From an uncultured Mycoplasmatota bacterium (GTDB lineage: Bacteria > Bacillota_I > Bacilli_A > RF39 > UBA660): 64,000 nucleotides of DNA. Shown one piece after another: positions 29,987 through 39,607 of this stretch. The notes under the pieces are model-generated. The model saw only the letters and a program-made list of their open reading frames with translations, had not been told where the DNA came from and ran no database searches. Position 1 is the first letter of the stretch, and each line of letters opens with the position of its first letter. Both the position numbers and the translations under genes were made by a program. The stretch spans positions 96,442-160,441 of the forward strand of contig CAMSCJ010000001.1 of the NCBI GenBank assembly GCA_947056845.1, written 5' to 3'.

Positions 29987-30118
29987 ATATATTATTTATG
30001 AATGTAGTTTGACTATAGAAAATTTTGAAAAATTAAAAAAGAATTAGAAACTAACTCTTTAAATTTAGAAATATTAAATGAAACATTAGTCGAAATTGAT
30101 TAATGTTTTTTTCTTTTG
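29987..30118. repeat. Direct-repeat copy 2: a duplicated yigZ 3' end downstream of the TA cassette
   Basis: attatttatgaatgtagtttgactatagaaaattttgaaaaa...ttagtcgaaattgattaatgttttt is repeated 854 bp downstream of copy 1. Confidence 0.85.
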
Positions 30119-30508
30119 AAATGAATTTGCACTATCATTATTCACTGTATCTTTGTCACAATTTGCATTATTTATTCGGTTCAATAATTCAGCAGCCTCA
30201 CTATATGTGATATATGGTGCTGAAATAGAAATTGGAATAGTTGCATTAATGAAAAAATCTCCAATGTTACAATCATCAAATTCAAATTTATAGATGTTTT
30301 TGGTAAAAATATCTTGATAACAATTTTTTCTTATTTTTTTGACCAAGATGACTTTTTTTATAACCTCAAACTCATAGTGATATAAAGTACTGAAAAAAAA
30401 ATATTTATTGGGAATCGATTGTTTTACAACACAATACCTTAAAGCAGAATAATAAAGATTTTTTGTTGATATTTTTTTATTAAACCAATTTTCAAACATA
30501 TTAATCAC
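30086..30508 (-). CDS. Hypothetical protein. Its last 8 codons lie in repeat copy 2.
   Basis: 140 aa, no recognisable domain. Confidence 0.45.
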   Translation of the reverse strand: MINMFENWFNKKISTKNLYYSALRYCVVKQSIPNKYFFFSTLYHYEFEVIKKVILVKKIRKNCYQDIFTKNIYKFEFDDCNIGDFFINATIPISISAPYITYSEAAELLNRINNANCDKDTVNNDSANSFQKKKTLINFD

Positions 30509-30522
30509 CTATACTCATTACA

Positions 30523-30927
30523 TTATAAAGCATTTATAAAATCAATTATCTTAGGAACGAAGATAATTGAGCCTGCAATCGCAGCTGTAATAGCAAAAAC
30601 GAAAACAGCAGCTGAGGCTGTATCTTTAGCAATTTTAGCTAAAGGATGAATTTTGGGGCAAGTTAAATCGACAACTGCTTCAATAGCTGTATTAATAAGT
30701 TCAGTCGCAATTACTAATCCACATAAAATTGTACAAATAATCCATTCCATTAATGATATTCTTAAGATAAGTCCAAATATAATTACAAAACATAGCATAG
30801 TAAGATGAATGAACATACTTTGTTCATATTTATAAGCATATTTTAGTCCTTCTATCGAATAGCCAAAACTTTTAAAAAATCTTTTTAAGCCTCTTTTTTT
30901 TTGCTCATCGCGTGATGCCGAATCCAT
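30523..30927 (-). CDS. dgkA: Diacylglycerol/undecaprenol kinase DgkA family
   Basis: 3 TM helices. Conserved E..NTAIE motif. Confidence 0.8.
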   Translation of the reverse strand: MDSASRDEQKKRGLKRFFKSFGYSIEGLKYAYKYEQSMFIHLTMLCFVIIFGLILRISLMEWIICTILCGLVIATELINTAIEAVVDLTCPKIHPLAKIAKDTASAAVFVFAITAAIAGSIIFVPKIIDFINAL

Positions 30928-31351
30928 TTAATATCTCCTCCTGTTTTGCAAACATTACTTTTTCTTCTTCTTCTTTTATATGATCATAACCTAAAAGATG
31001 TAAAAAACCATGTATCATTAAAAAGCAAATTTCTCGTAAATTACTATGGCCATATTCTTTAGCTTGTTCATAGACTTTATCAATAGAAATATAAATATCA
31101 CCTAAAACGCGCAAATCACTTTCAATTAAATCTTCATTATCTTCTAAAGCAAAACTGATAACATCAGTTGGTCGATCAATTCCTCGATATTCTTTATTTA
31201 ATTTATGAATATATTTATTATCAACAATGATAATATTAAAGATAACATTTTTTATTTTTTCATGTTTTATGGCATATTCAATTAAATCTTTCATCGTTTT
31301 AATATAGTCTAAATCAATACCTGTTTCATTTATTATTTCCACATTATTCAT
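30905..31351 (-). CDS. ybeY: Endoribonuclease YbeY (16S rRNA 3' maturation)
   Basis: HGFLHLLGYDH zinc-binding motif. Confidence 0.9.
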   Translation of the reverse strand: MNNVEIINETGIDLDYIKTMKDLIEYAIKHEKIKNVIFNIIIVDNKYIHKLNKEYRGIDRPTDVISFALEDNEDLIESDLRVLGDIYISIDKVYEQAKEYGHSNLREICFLMIHGFLHLLGYDHIKEEEEKVMFAKQEEILNGFGITR

Positions 31352-31965
31352 AAAATACCACCAATATTTATAAAGTTAAACAAATATAAAATTATTAAAA
31401 TTATTATGATAATTACACAAGAATTTAAAAACAATTGACTTCTAAAAAAACTTGGTAGATGATTTTTTATTTTATTCAAATATATAAATATATAAAATCC
31501 TAGCATGCCTCCCAAAATATTAAGCATAATATCATCAATATCAAATACTCGCCCAATTAACATCTGTGTTACTTCAATAGAAATTGATGTAATTAAACTT
31601 AATATCAAGCCAACATACCATTTTTCGCTTCGAACATAATATCCAACAAAGAAGCCGTATGGTAAGAACATGAGCATATTTCCTAAAATATTTTTAATAA
31701 ACAATTTGCTCCCAAATTCATAACGCATAATTTCCCTAAATGGTACAAAATTAGAAGTACTCCAATCAACGTCCTGAAAAGTTACAACATAAAATAAAAA
31801 CATGATATATAAAATGAAACCAAGGGTTAATAATTCTTTATATAAAACAAATTTTATTTTGTTGTGAATTATATAAGTAATTCTCAATGAGGAAACAATA
31901 ATAGTGAATAGAAATAATGTTGGCCACACATTAGATAATAATTCGATAATTGTTTTTTGTAACAC
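31348..31965 (-). CDS. VanZ-family membrane protein
   Basis: 4 TM helices. NFVPF and EVTQ motifs of VanZ-like proteins. Confidence 0.55.
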   Translation of the reverse strand: MLQKTIIELLSNVWPTLFLFTIIVSSLRITYIIHNKIKFVLYKELLTLGFILYIMFLFYVVTFQDVDWSTSNFVPFREIMRYEFGSKLFIKNILGNMLMFLPYGFFVGYYVRSEKWYVGLILSLITSISIEVTQMLIGRVFDIDDIMLNILGGMLGFYIFIYLNKIKNHLPSFFRSQLFLNSCVIIIIILIILYLFNFINIGGIL

Positions 31966-31969
31966 AACA

Positions 31970-33163
31970 TCACTCCTGTTCTTGCTCCTCCAAACTAATA
32001 TTATCTATAACTTGATAATCTGTTATATCTTCATAGACGGAAAAAAACATTTCTAATTCTATTTTACTCTCTTTTATATCAACTTTCAAATCTTTTGAAG
32101 AAATTATATATTCTTTGTCATTCAATTTACTTTCCATAGCTTTAATACTTTTTTCTCTAGCAATAGCAATGGCCTCATCAATTGTATATATTTTGTCGGT
32201 TTTTTCCACCTCTCGCTGATTTTCATATACAAGGCTAATTGGCAAAAAATTGTGACTTAATAACTTTTTTTCTTCAATTTCCTTATTTTCAAATTTATGA
32301 AAATTGAATAATTCAAATCGTTGATTTAAAAATTTGAGCGTTAATACCTTTTTAGTATTTGCCGTATAATTTTCCTCATTATAAACAAAAGGTATTTCAA
32401 CTTTACTCTTATACCATACTTCACCATAAACACTACCTTTAGCCGATACAACATTTTTTAACGTTTCATTTAAATAGACACTGCCTGACACAATAATATC
32501 GCCTGGTTTAACATAGTCATTAATATTTTTAACAACGACTCCATTTTCCGCAATAATTGTTTTAATCACTGCCGATTTTTTTGCAACAATATTTCTATTT
32601 TCCTCCTTTTCATTAGTAATTGGTATTTTCCTTTCCTCTACTCTAACAATATATTTAGTTCCACTCCGTTCAATTTCAATCCATTCTAATTTATCCTTAT
32701 ATTTATTTAAAATTTCTTCTTTTATTTTTTCGATATCTTTAAAACTTTTAACAAATTTCTTTTCGGTTATTCCATATTTTTTCAGTTCACTAATCAATAA
32801 CTCCTGAATTTCCTTTTTATTATGGACCACTTCAACATCAAAAATAATATTTGTGAGTAGTAATAGAAAAGCAAATCCTATAAACATAAAAAATAATAAT
32901 ATCTTATTTTTATTTAGTATTTTTTTTATTTTAATCAGACCATATATATTTACTTCTTGTAGTTCATATGTTGTTTTAATCTTTTCTACTTTTTCTAAAT
33001 CACTTTTATAAATTCTTATTTCTACTTCTTTATAATTAATATTTTTTAAATCAAGTATTTCTATATTTTGTTTAACTAAACGATTAATAAAGCGATTAAT
33101 ATTTTTACCTTTAATATTTAATTTAATAGAACTTTTAAAACTAGATAAAAAAGAATTCTTCAT
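31970..33163 (-). CDS. yqfD: Sporulation protein YqfD
   Basis: About 397 aa with a single central TM. Sits downstream of yqfC and upstream of ybeY-dgkA, the same order as in B. subtilis. Confidence 0.65.
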   Translation of the reverse strand: MKNSFLSSFKSSIKLNIKGKNINRFINRLVKQNIEILDLKNINYKEVEIRIYKSDLEKVEKIKTTYELQEVNIYGLIKIKKILNKNKILLFFMFIGFAFLLLLTNIIFDVEVVHNKKEIQELLISELKKYGITEKKFVKSFKDIEKIKEEILNKYKDKLEWIEIERSGTKYIVRVEERKIPITNEKEENRNIVAKKSAVIKTIIAENGVVVKNINDYVKPGDIIVSGSVYLNETLKNVVSAKGSVYGEVWYKSKVEIPFVYNEENYTANTKKVLTLKFLNQRFELFNFHKFENKEIEEKKLLSHNFLPISLVYENQREVEKTDKIYTIDEAIAIAREKSIKAMESKLNDKEYIISSKDLKVDIKESKIELEMFFSVYEDITDYQVIDNISLEEQEQE

Positions 33164-33167
33164 ATAT

Positions 33168-33407
33168 TCACCTTAATTCTATTTTTTTTATTACTCCAGA
33201 TATTAAAATTTCATCATTCAATAATTTGTTTAATACTAATTTTTCGCCTGTTATTAAAACATTTTTATCATCACTATTGACAGATATTTTATTATCATCA
33301 ATAGTTCCTAAGCTTGTATAATTAATAATATTAATTTTATCATTATAGATATTTATTACAAATTCATTGTTAACCATATATTCGCGAAAGTTATCAATTA
33401 TTTTCAT
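33168..33407 (-). CDS. yqfC: Sporulation protein YqfC (YabP family)
   Basis: 79 aa with a YabP/YqfC-like beta-rich pattern. Position conserved relative to yqfD. Confidence 0.6.
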   Translation of the reverse strand: MKIIDNFREYMVNNEFVINIYNDKINIINYTSLGTIDDNKISVNSDDKNVLITGEKLVLNKLLNDEILISGVIKKIELR

Positions 33408-33469
33408 AATACCACCTATATAATTTTATTATAATTTAGATTCATTATGATTTAAAATTCTTAATCATA

Positions 33470-33506
33470 AAAAAAATCAAACAATTTGTCTTCGTTTGAT
33501 TTTTTA
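33470..33506 (-). terminator. Rho-independent terminator of the YihY gene (ATCAAAC-11 nt-GTTTGAT flanked by A/T runs)
   Basis: Hairpin followed by U8 on the minus strand. Confidence 0.45.
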
Positions 33507-33638
33507 ATTAAATAAAAAAAGGAGAAAATTACCGATATCCATACTTCTTTAGTTCCAATTAAACTAGGTTTAGTACGCTACAGTCTACATCTGAATACAT
33601 ACTGGTAACACATATGTATCTAATATTATTATAATTAG

Positions 33639-34475
33639 TTAATTTGTATCTATACTGCCACTTTTTAGCACTTCATAAGAATTACTATTGATAGCAATTC
33701 CTAAAACTAAAATATATGATAAAAAATAAATATACATCATTAAAATAATAATATTTGATAAGCTACCATAAAAAATGTCATATTTAGAAAAATGTGAAAC
33801 ATAATAAGAATAAATAGCAGTTGTCAAAACCCATCCTAAAGTGGTAAAAATTGCTCCCTTATTTACATATCTACTAGGTACATTTTTATCTGGAGCAATT
33901 GTATATATAAGTTTAATGTTGAAAAAAATGATAAAAAAAGCAATAGGCCATTTTAAATACACAAATAATGAATAAGCAAAATTAGAAAAGTTTTTTAAAA
34001 TACCTATTTCAAAAATTGCCATTAGAATACTATTACCAAAAGCTAAAACGACAATAATAAAGATAAATAGCATTACTAATAATATGGTTAGGATTATAGC
34101 TTTTATACGTCGATTTAAGTAACTACCTTGTTCAAAGTTATAAAGAGTATTAGATGTGACAATAATTGAATGTGGTCCGTTAGAAGCTAAAATAAAAGCA
34201 GTGATTGTAAAAAATCCGACATTAAAATCGATTCCTTTTCCACTAATGAAGGTTGCTAAAATCTCAGTTACTTGTGAGGGTAGATTTTCACCAATAAAGT
34301 CAATTACAGCATCCAAAGAAAGTGAAAAAGTTGAGGCTATTAAACCAATTAAAATAAAAATAGGAATAACTGATAGTACAAGAAAAAAAGCCAAATTTGC
34401 TGGTAGAATAAGCATTTCAGGTTTTCTAATTATACAATACAGTTTTTTTAAAATCGCTTTAATCTTTTTAACCAT
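33639..34475 (-). CDS. YihY/BrkB-family membrane protein. The ORF track labels this '+', but the sequence places it on the minus strand.
   Basis: Reverse complement of 34475..34440 reads ATG GTT AAA AAG ATT AAA GCG ATT... (MVKKIKAIL), and the stop TAA is the reverse complement of 33639-41. The plus strand there has early stops. 6 TM helices. Confidence 0.7.
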   Translation of the reverse strand: MVKKIKAILKKLYCIIRKPEMLILPANLAFFLVLSVIPIFILIGLIASTFSLSLDAVIDFIGENLPSQVTEILATFISGKGIDFNVGFFTITAFILASNGPHSIIVTSNTLYNFEQGSYLNRRIKAIILTILLVMLFIFIIVVLAFGNSILMAIFEIGILKNFSNFAYSLFVYLKWPIAFFIIFFNIKLIYTIAPDKNVPSRYVNKGAIFTTLGWVLTTAIYSYYVSHFSKYDIFYGSLSNIIILMMYIYFLSYILVLGIAINSNSYEVLKSGSIDTN

Positions 34476-34504
34476 TCTTTTTCTCCTTTTAAAAGAAGCA
34501 AATA

Positions 34505-36553
34505 TTAATTATTCGCTTCCTCTTTATTATTTCGCATTTCTAATGTTGCTTCATTAATAGCATCATCAATAGTTTTAATGGCGTCGTTAATCATACTATA
34601 GCCTAAAGCAACACCAAAGCCATGGGCTAATTCTTTAAATTCTTTATTTAGTTTTCTTATATAGGAAATAATTTGTTTTTCCTCATAACCAACTAAATAT
34701 ATTAAGAATTCATTACCGTTAGTTCTAATAATCTCAGAATTAGAGATTTGGTTTTTAATTAAAATATTTGCAGCTTCTTTAATTAAATTGTCACCCTCAT
34801 TATGACCATAGTTATCATTAATATAAGCAACATTATTTAAATCAGCTATAACAATAGTTTGTGGATATACTTCACTATTATCCCACTTTTCAATATTATC
34901 ATTTAGATAGTTTCTATTTTTTAACGACGTTAGCATATCTATATAACGTAATTTATCCTCCTTAGTTAAACTACTAGAGGCTTTTTTAGTTTTTGATATA
35001 TTTTTAATCAAAAGGAATGCTAAAACTAATAAAATGATAATTCCGCTAGTTGTAATTAATGTACGGTAATCAAAACTACTAGTAACTTCTGTAGATATAG
35101 AATTATATTTACTGTTAATTAATTTTTTATCGTTCATAAATGATAAATAAAAATTAAGCAAATTATAAAAAATCTCATTATCAGAAATATCTCTAACAAT
35201 ATAATTATAATCATCATTTAAATTAAATATATATTTTAAATCACTATTATTAAAATGTGTATTAAGATAATATTTATATGTAAGATAGTCAATGACAATT
35301 AAATCCGAAGAATCAATATTATTTATAATTTGATCAATGTTCTTGTGACCATTTACATCAAATCCTTGGCTATCTAAATAAGCAGCAATTTTAGTATCAC
35401 TTATAACATTAATATCATGATTTAATAATGAATTAATGGAGTTTATGACTAATTCATTACTTTTATCTGAAACAACGACAAATGCCTCATCATAATTTGA
35501 TGTTGTTGTAAATACATCTAAGTCGTAATCTTTATTAGCAACATTATTAAACATAAAATCAATATTATTTTGATTAAAGGCATTTATTAAATCACTATAG
35601 GAATTAAAGTGTTCAAATGATACTTCTGTATTTGAAAACTTCATAAAGTCATTTATTATCTGTGTATTTATACCATTATCATCCATATCGAATGGAGCAT
35701 TATTAACATACCCATATATATATCTTTTGCTACGGAATTGAACTTTTTGTTTTTCATCTATGTCATTAGCTGAAAAATATATATCAAGTAGATAATCATT
35801 AAAAGCATTATCAAAATTCTCTGTTGACCACTTATTATAATATTTAATTAAAATATCATTTAAACGATCATTATCACCTAATTTTAACACAATCTTTTTT
35901 GAAAATTCCGTAATATTATAACTAATATTATAGTCTTTGTAAGTTAAAATCTGATCTAAATAAAGCGTTTTGGGCAAAATAATCGCATCAACAAGAGGAA
36001 CAATATTGTTTTTAGGATCGTTTTTAATCGCTTCAAACAAACCATCAATATCTTCACTAGTTTTAAATGTGGCATTAACGCCCTTTAAGTAATAATCAAT
36101 TTGTGAAACCTCTGAACTTAAGGTTCCAATAACTAGATTATCAATATCTTTTAAATTTTCATATCTAACATTTTTATTAGCCAAAATAATATAATTATCT
36201 TCATAGATTAAAATATCACCATCATCTTTAGTATCAACGATATCAAATCCATAATCAGATGTTGATGTTGCATCCAATTTCGTTGATATACGGTTAAATT
36301 TTAATCCTGTGACTTCTTCCATATTATCTAAAAAATCTAAGAAAATACCTTTACCTTCATAACTAAATAATGGAACATCTGTAACTATTGAAAAATCAAA
36401 TCGCTGATTTTTGTTACTTTCAATCCATTGTTTTTCAATAATGTTTAATGTTGTAGTTTGGTCTTCTTTGGTTAGAAGAAAATAAATTGATATTCCTGAT
36501 ATAACAACTACTACACTAATAATAATACCTATTAATAATTTATTTTTTTTCAT
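34505..36553 (-). CDS. Membrane receptor with a large extracytoplasmic domain and a C-terminal degenerate GGDEF domain (NGNEF instead of GGDEF)
   Basis: Signal/TM, about 480-aa ectodomain, second TM, then DLNNVAYINDNYGHNEGDNLIK...RTNGNEFLIYL. Confidence 0.7.
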   Translation of the reverse strand: MKKNKLLIGIIISVVVVISGISIYFLLTKEDQTTTLNIIEKQWIESNKNQRFDFSIVTDVPLFSYEGKGIFLDFLDNMEEVTGLKFNRISTKLDATSTSDYGFDIVDTKDDGDILIYEDNYIILANKNVRYENLKDIDNLVIGTLSSEVSQIDYYLKGVNATFKTSEDIDGLFEAIKNDPKNNIVPLVDAIILPKTLYLDQILTYKDYNISYNITEFSKKIVLKLGDNDRLNDILIKYYNKWSTENFDNAFNDYLLDIYFSANDIDEKQKVQFRSKRYIYGYVNNAPFDMDDNGINTQIINDFMKFSNTEVSFEHFNSYSDLINAFNQNNIDFMFNNVANKDYDLDVFTTTSNYDEAFVVVSDKSNELVINSINSLLNHDINVISDTKIAAYLDSQGFDVNGHKNIDQIINNIDSSDLIVIDYLTYKYYLNTHFNNSDLKYIFNLNDDYNYIVRDISDNEIFYNLLNFYLSFMNDKKLINSKYNSISTEVTSSFDYRTLITTSGIIILLVLAFLLIKNISKTKKASSSLTKEDKLRYIDMLTSLKNRNYLNDNIEKWDNSEVYPQTIVIADLNNVAYINDNYGHNEGDNLIKEAANILIKNQISNSEIIRTNGNEFLIYLVGYEEKQIISYIRKLNKEFKELAHGFGVALGYSMINDAIKTIDDAINEATLEMRNNKEEANN

Positions 36554-36569
36554 TTCCTACACCTAACTT

Positions 36570-37022
36570 TTAAAACGTGAATCCCGTTTTCGTTTTATGT
36601 TTATAACCAATAACTGGATAATTTTGATTTTCTGAATCCTCGTTAACTATCATAACTTGAATATCATAAAAACTTTTAACATCATCTGGTAAATATTCAA
36701 GAATTTTATCAGCAAATCCTTTAGAAGTAATAATATCAACATCGGACTTTACTTTAATTATAAAGTCTGCCCTTTTTCCAACAATATTATTATCAACACT
36801 AATAATCTGTTCTAAACTTTCTAATTCATTTTTAATTTTATCTAATTGTTCATTTGTCATCTTATGTTCTTCTATTCCATCTAGTCTATTACCAAAAATA
36901 TCACCATGGCTAGAGAAAAATAAATTTTTAGCAACAACAACACCTACAATTAAAACAATCAAGATAATTACTAAAGCAATAACTAAAAGGCAATGCTTTT
37001 TTAAAAATTCTAAAAATTTCAT
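36570..37022 (-). CDS. Hypothetical N-terminally anchored protein (possibly YhcN/YlaJ-like)
   Basis: TM followed by a soluble domain of about 110 aa. Weak family resemblance only. Confidence 0.45.
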   Translation of the reverse strand: MKFLEFLKKHCLLVIALVIILIVLIVGVVVAKNLFFSSHGDIFGNRLDGIEEHKMTNEQLDKIKNELESLEQIISVDNNIVGKRADFIIKVKSDVDIITSKGFADKILEYLPDDVKSFYDIQVMIVNEDSENQNYPVIGYKHKTKTGFTF

Positions 37023-37159
37023 ATATCCACCTCAATAATAATAATTATACTATAAATAATTATATTTTTCAAATTTTTAATTTATTTACACAATTGGTTG
37101 TATATAAATTGTAAACAAAAATGACAACCTCTTATGAATTTCAGAAGTTGCCGTATTTA

Positions 37160-37588
37160 TTATTTTTCAGTTCCTTCAAGTTTTTTTAAGACTTCACGAG
37201 TTACCGCAATAGCCTTTTCCCTAACGGCTACAGCAGCGTCTTCTAAAACAGGAGTGCCCTTTTCAATTGCGTAGCTAACTAATTCTTCAGCCATATTTTT
37301 TATATCATTAGCTTTTTTCTTCGCAATTTTTAAAACTTTTTCTTTATCTAAATCTTCTAATTCAGTTTTAATTTCAAAAATTTTAGCCTCTATATTTTCT
37401 TTTACCTCTTTAGCATCTATATTTTTGACCTTTTCAATTAATTCATCAATTTTTTGTTTCAATTCTTTTCTTGTTTCACTACCTTTTTTAGGTGCAAATA
37501 GAACACCTAATGTCGCTCCTACACCTGCTCCTAATATAAATTTACCTAAGCCTCTTTTTTTCTTTCCTTCTTTATTCTTCATTATCAT
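37160..37588 (-). CDS. ytxH: YtxH-domain protein (DUF948-associated general stress family)
   Basis: GLGKFILGAGVGATLGVLFAPKKGSETRKELK N-terminus typical of YtxH, then coiled coil. Confidence 0.6.
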   Translation of the reverse strand: MIMKNKEGKKKRGLGKFILGAGVGATLGVLFAPKKGSETRKELKQKIDELIEKVKNIDAKEVKENIEAKIFEIKTELEDLDKEKVLKIAKKKANDIKNMAEELVSYAIEKGTPVLEDAAVAVREKAIAVTREVLKKLEGTEK

Positions 37589-37898
37589 CGTCTCCTTTTT
37601 TATTTTTTCTTTTAAATAATTTTCTAATACTGTTAGCTATAAAACTTACAACCTTATCATTAATGCTTGATAAAGTATCGGTTAGAGTATCAATTACATC
37701 AAAAGCTCCATCTAATTTACTAACCTTAGTATTTACATTAGTGACAATTTCATCAACTTTCTTTAAAGTATTAATCATTCTAAACACTAAAATAATTAAT
37801 ACTACTAATAATATAATCGCTAATATAAATAATATGACAGGAAAAATATCATACATTAAATCCATTTTATTCGTCACCTTTCTCGTACATTGAATCAA
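37572..37898 (-). CDS. DUF948 (YtxG-like) membrane protein
   Basis: Single TM plus coiled coil of the DUF948 pattern. The likely start is the internal ATG (MDLMYDIF...). Adjacent to ytxH, as in B. subtilis ytxG-ytxH. Confidence 0.5.
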   Translation of the reverse strand: MIQCTRKVTNKMDLMYDIFPVILFILAIILLVVLIILVFRMINTLKKVDEIVTNVNTKVSKLDGAFDVIDTLTDTLSSINDKVVSFIANSIRKLFKRKNKKGDDDNEE

Positions 37899-38916
37899 TT
37901 AAATTAAATAAATCGCTTTGTGTTAAATCATCGTCATCTTTAGTTTCTTCAATTTTTGTATTATTATTCATAATATAATCTTCCACTAAATTATCATCAT
38001 CATAAGAATTGATAATTAAATCATCTAAAGAAGATGTAGCATCTTTTTCTTCATCCATATTATCTAGAGTATTATTAATGGATAATTCTAAATTGTCTAA
38101 AGTATTATTTAAATTAAATTCAGTTTCCATTTCATCATCTTGTTCATGTTTAGCTTTATAATTTTCAATTGGAGAATTTAAAAATTCATCTACACTACTA
38201 TATTCATTATCATCAACCAAATCTGTTAAAAGATTATTTTTACTCTCTTCTTTTTCTTCTTTATCATTATCAGGTTCCATGAATATTGACGATTTTGTAA
38301 ATAATGATGTTTCTAAATCGTCCTCCAATGTCCCATAAGCTTTTTTTCTAACATCATCAATTGTTAATGGTTTTGATGGATCACGATATTCTTGGCGAAC
38401 AACTTTTTTCGATGAAATATCTTCTTTATGATAATTTTTATCAAGAACACCATAAATAGGCGAAATAATTGGAGTTGGTTTAAAAATCTTTGGTTCTTCC
38501 TTTTTTTCAATTTTAGCCCCATAAATTTCCTTTTTTTCTATAGGCTTTTTTGCTTCAACCTTTTTAGGTTTTTCTTCTATTTTTTCAAAATCTTTATCAT
38601 CAAAATAGACTGGAAAAACAAATTTTTCTTCTCTTTTTAAAACTTTTTTTTCTTCTAAAACAGAATTACTTTTATCCTCATGCTGAATAACTGGTTCATC
38701 CAATTTGTATTTTTTAATAATATCATTATCTTCTAAAGAAGTTGTAGATCGTGATAAATTTATCCTTGTAGGTACTGGTTTAGGTTGATAATCAGTACTT
38801 CTCTTTGGCGTTTCTTCTTTTTCGATGCGTTCACTTTTAATTGGTTGTTTATCTTCTACTACTTCTTCTTCAACCTCTTCTGTAAACATATTTTTAAATT
38901 TATCTATTAATCCCAT
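37867..38916 (-). CDS. Highly acidic, low-complexity protein with an N-terminal amphipathic helix
   Basis: MGLIDKFKNMF..., then E/D/K-rich repeats. No domain recognised. Confidence 0.45.
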   Translation of the reverse strand: MGLIDKFKNMFTEEVEEEVVEDKQPIKSERIEKEETPKRSTDYQPKPVPTRINLSRSTTSLEDNDIIKKYKLDEPVIQHEDKSNSVLEEKKVLKREEKFVFPVYFDDKDFEKIEEKPKKVEAKKPIEKKEIYGAKIEKKEEPKIFKPTPIISPIYGVLDKNYHKEDISSKKVVRQEYRDPSKPLTIDDVRKKAYGTLEDDLETSLFTKSSIFMEPDNDKEEKEESKNNLLTDLVDDNEYSSVDEFLNSPIENYKAKHEQDDEMETEFNLNNTLDNLELSINNTLDNMDEEKDATSSLDDLIINSYDDDNLVEDYIMNNNTKIEETKDDDDLTQSDLFNLIDSMYEKGDE

Positions 38917-38938
38917 TTAAATCACCTTATTCTTTCAT

Positions 38939-39538
38939 TTATTCATTAGTATCATATTTTAAATTATCTGTATTTTCAACTCGTGATGTGAAAATATCAT
39001 ATTTTTCCTCTTTATTAACAAAATACTCATCATTAAGCATTAGTTTAATAACATTATTATTAAATTTAATAGTTGATAAAATGTATGTTGAATTTAGAAT
39101 GACATCATTTATATCATCTTCATATACCATTGCCTCAATTTTAGCATAATTATACATAAATTCAATTAAATAACGATCATTTACTTTATTAATCTCTAAG
39201 TATCCTTCCTGTCCATTAATATCAATATAGCGTGAATAATAGGCATCCTTATTTTCCTTATAAGTAAACGCAATTTTATTATAATAACTAATTACATCTA
39301 TATAAAGATAATAATAATAACCATTAGAGTACAATTTATCATTTAACTCGGTTGTATCGATATAACTCATACCACGAGGTACATAATATTTATATCCTTT
39401 TCCTACACGATTATAAAGTTTATTATTTTTTGATAGTACTACATCAATAATATTATCAATATTATCAGTATCTATTCTAACAATTGTACAACCAGTAAAT
39501 AAAAGTAAACAAAGTACAATTAAAATTATCTTTTTCAT
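38939..39538 (-). CDS. Lipoprotein, hypothetical
   Basis: Signal peptide with lipobox LFTGC. Confidence 0.55.
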   Translation of the reverse strand: MKKIILIVLCLLLFTGCTIVRIDTDNIDNIIDVVLSKNNKLYNRVGKGYKYYVPRGMSYIDTTELNDKLYSNGYYYYLYIDVISYYNKIAFTYKENKDAYYSRYIDINGQEGYLEINKVNDRYLIEFMYNYAKIEAMVYEDDINDVILNSTYILSTIKFNNNVIKLMLNDEYFVNKEEKYDIFTSRVENTDNLKYDTNE

Positions 39539-39607
39539 ATTTCACCACTCTTATATAAGTATAACAAAATTACAGAATTAAATAAAGTTTTTTTAAGATG
39601 AAAATAT

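Noticed and set aside
33510-33638. Possible structured RNA or small ORF between the yihY stop and its terminator
   Set aside because: There is an AAGGAG-like motif but no start codon. The ATAC/GTAT repeats did not resolve into a convincing fold or known RNA family.
34156-34557. Plus-strand 133-aa ORF (GTG start)
   Set aside because: Antisense inside the YihY gene and the 3' end of the GGDEF-receptor gene. No ribosome-binding site.
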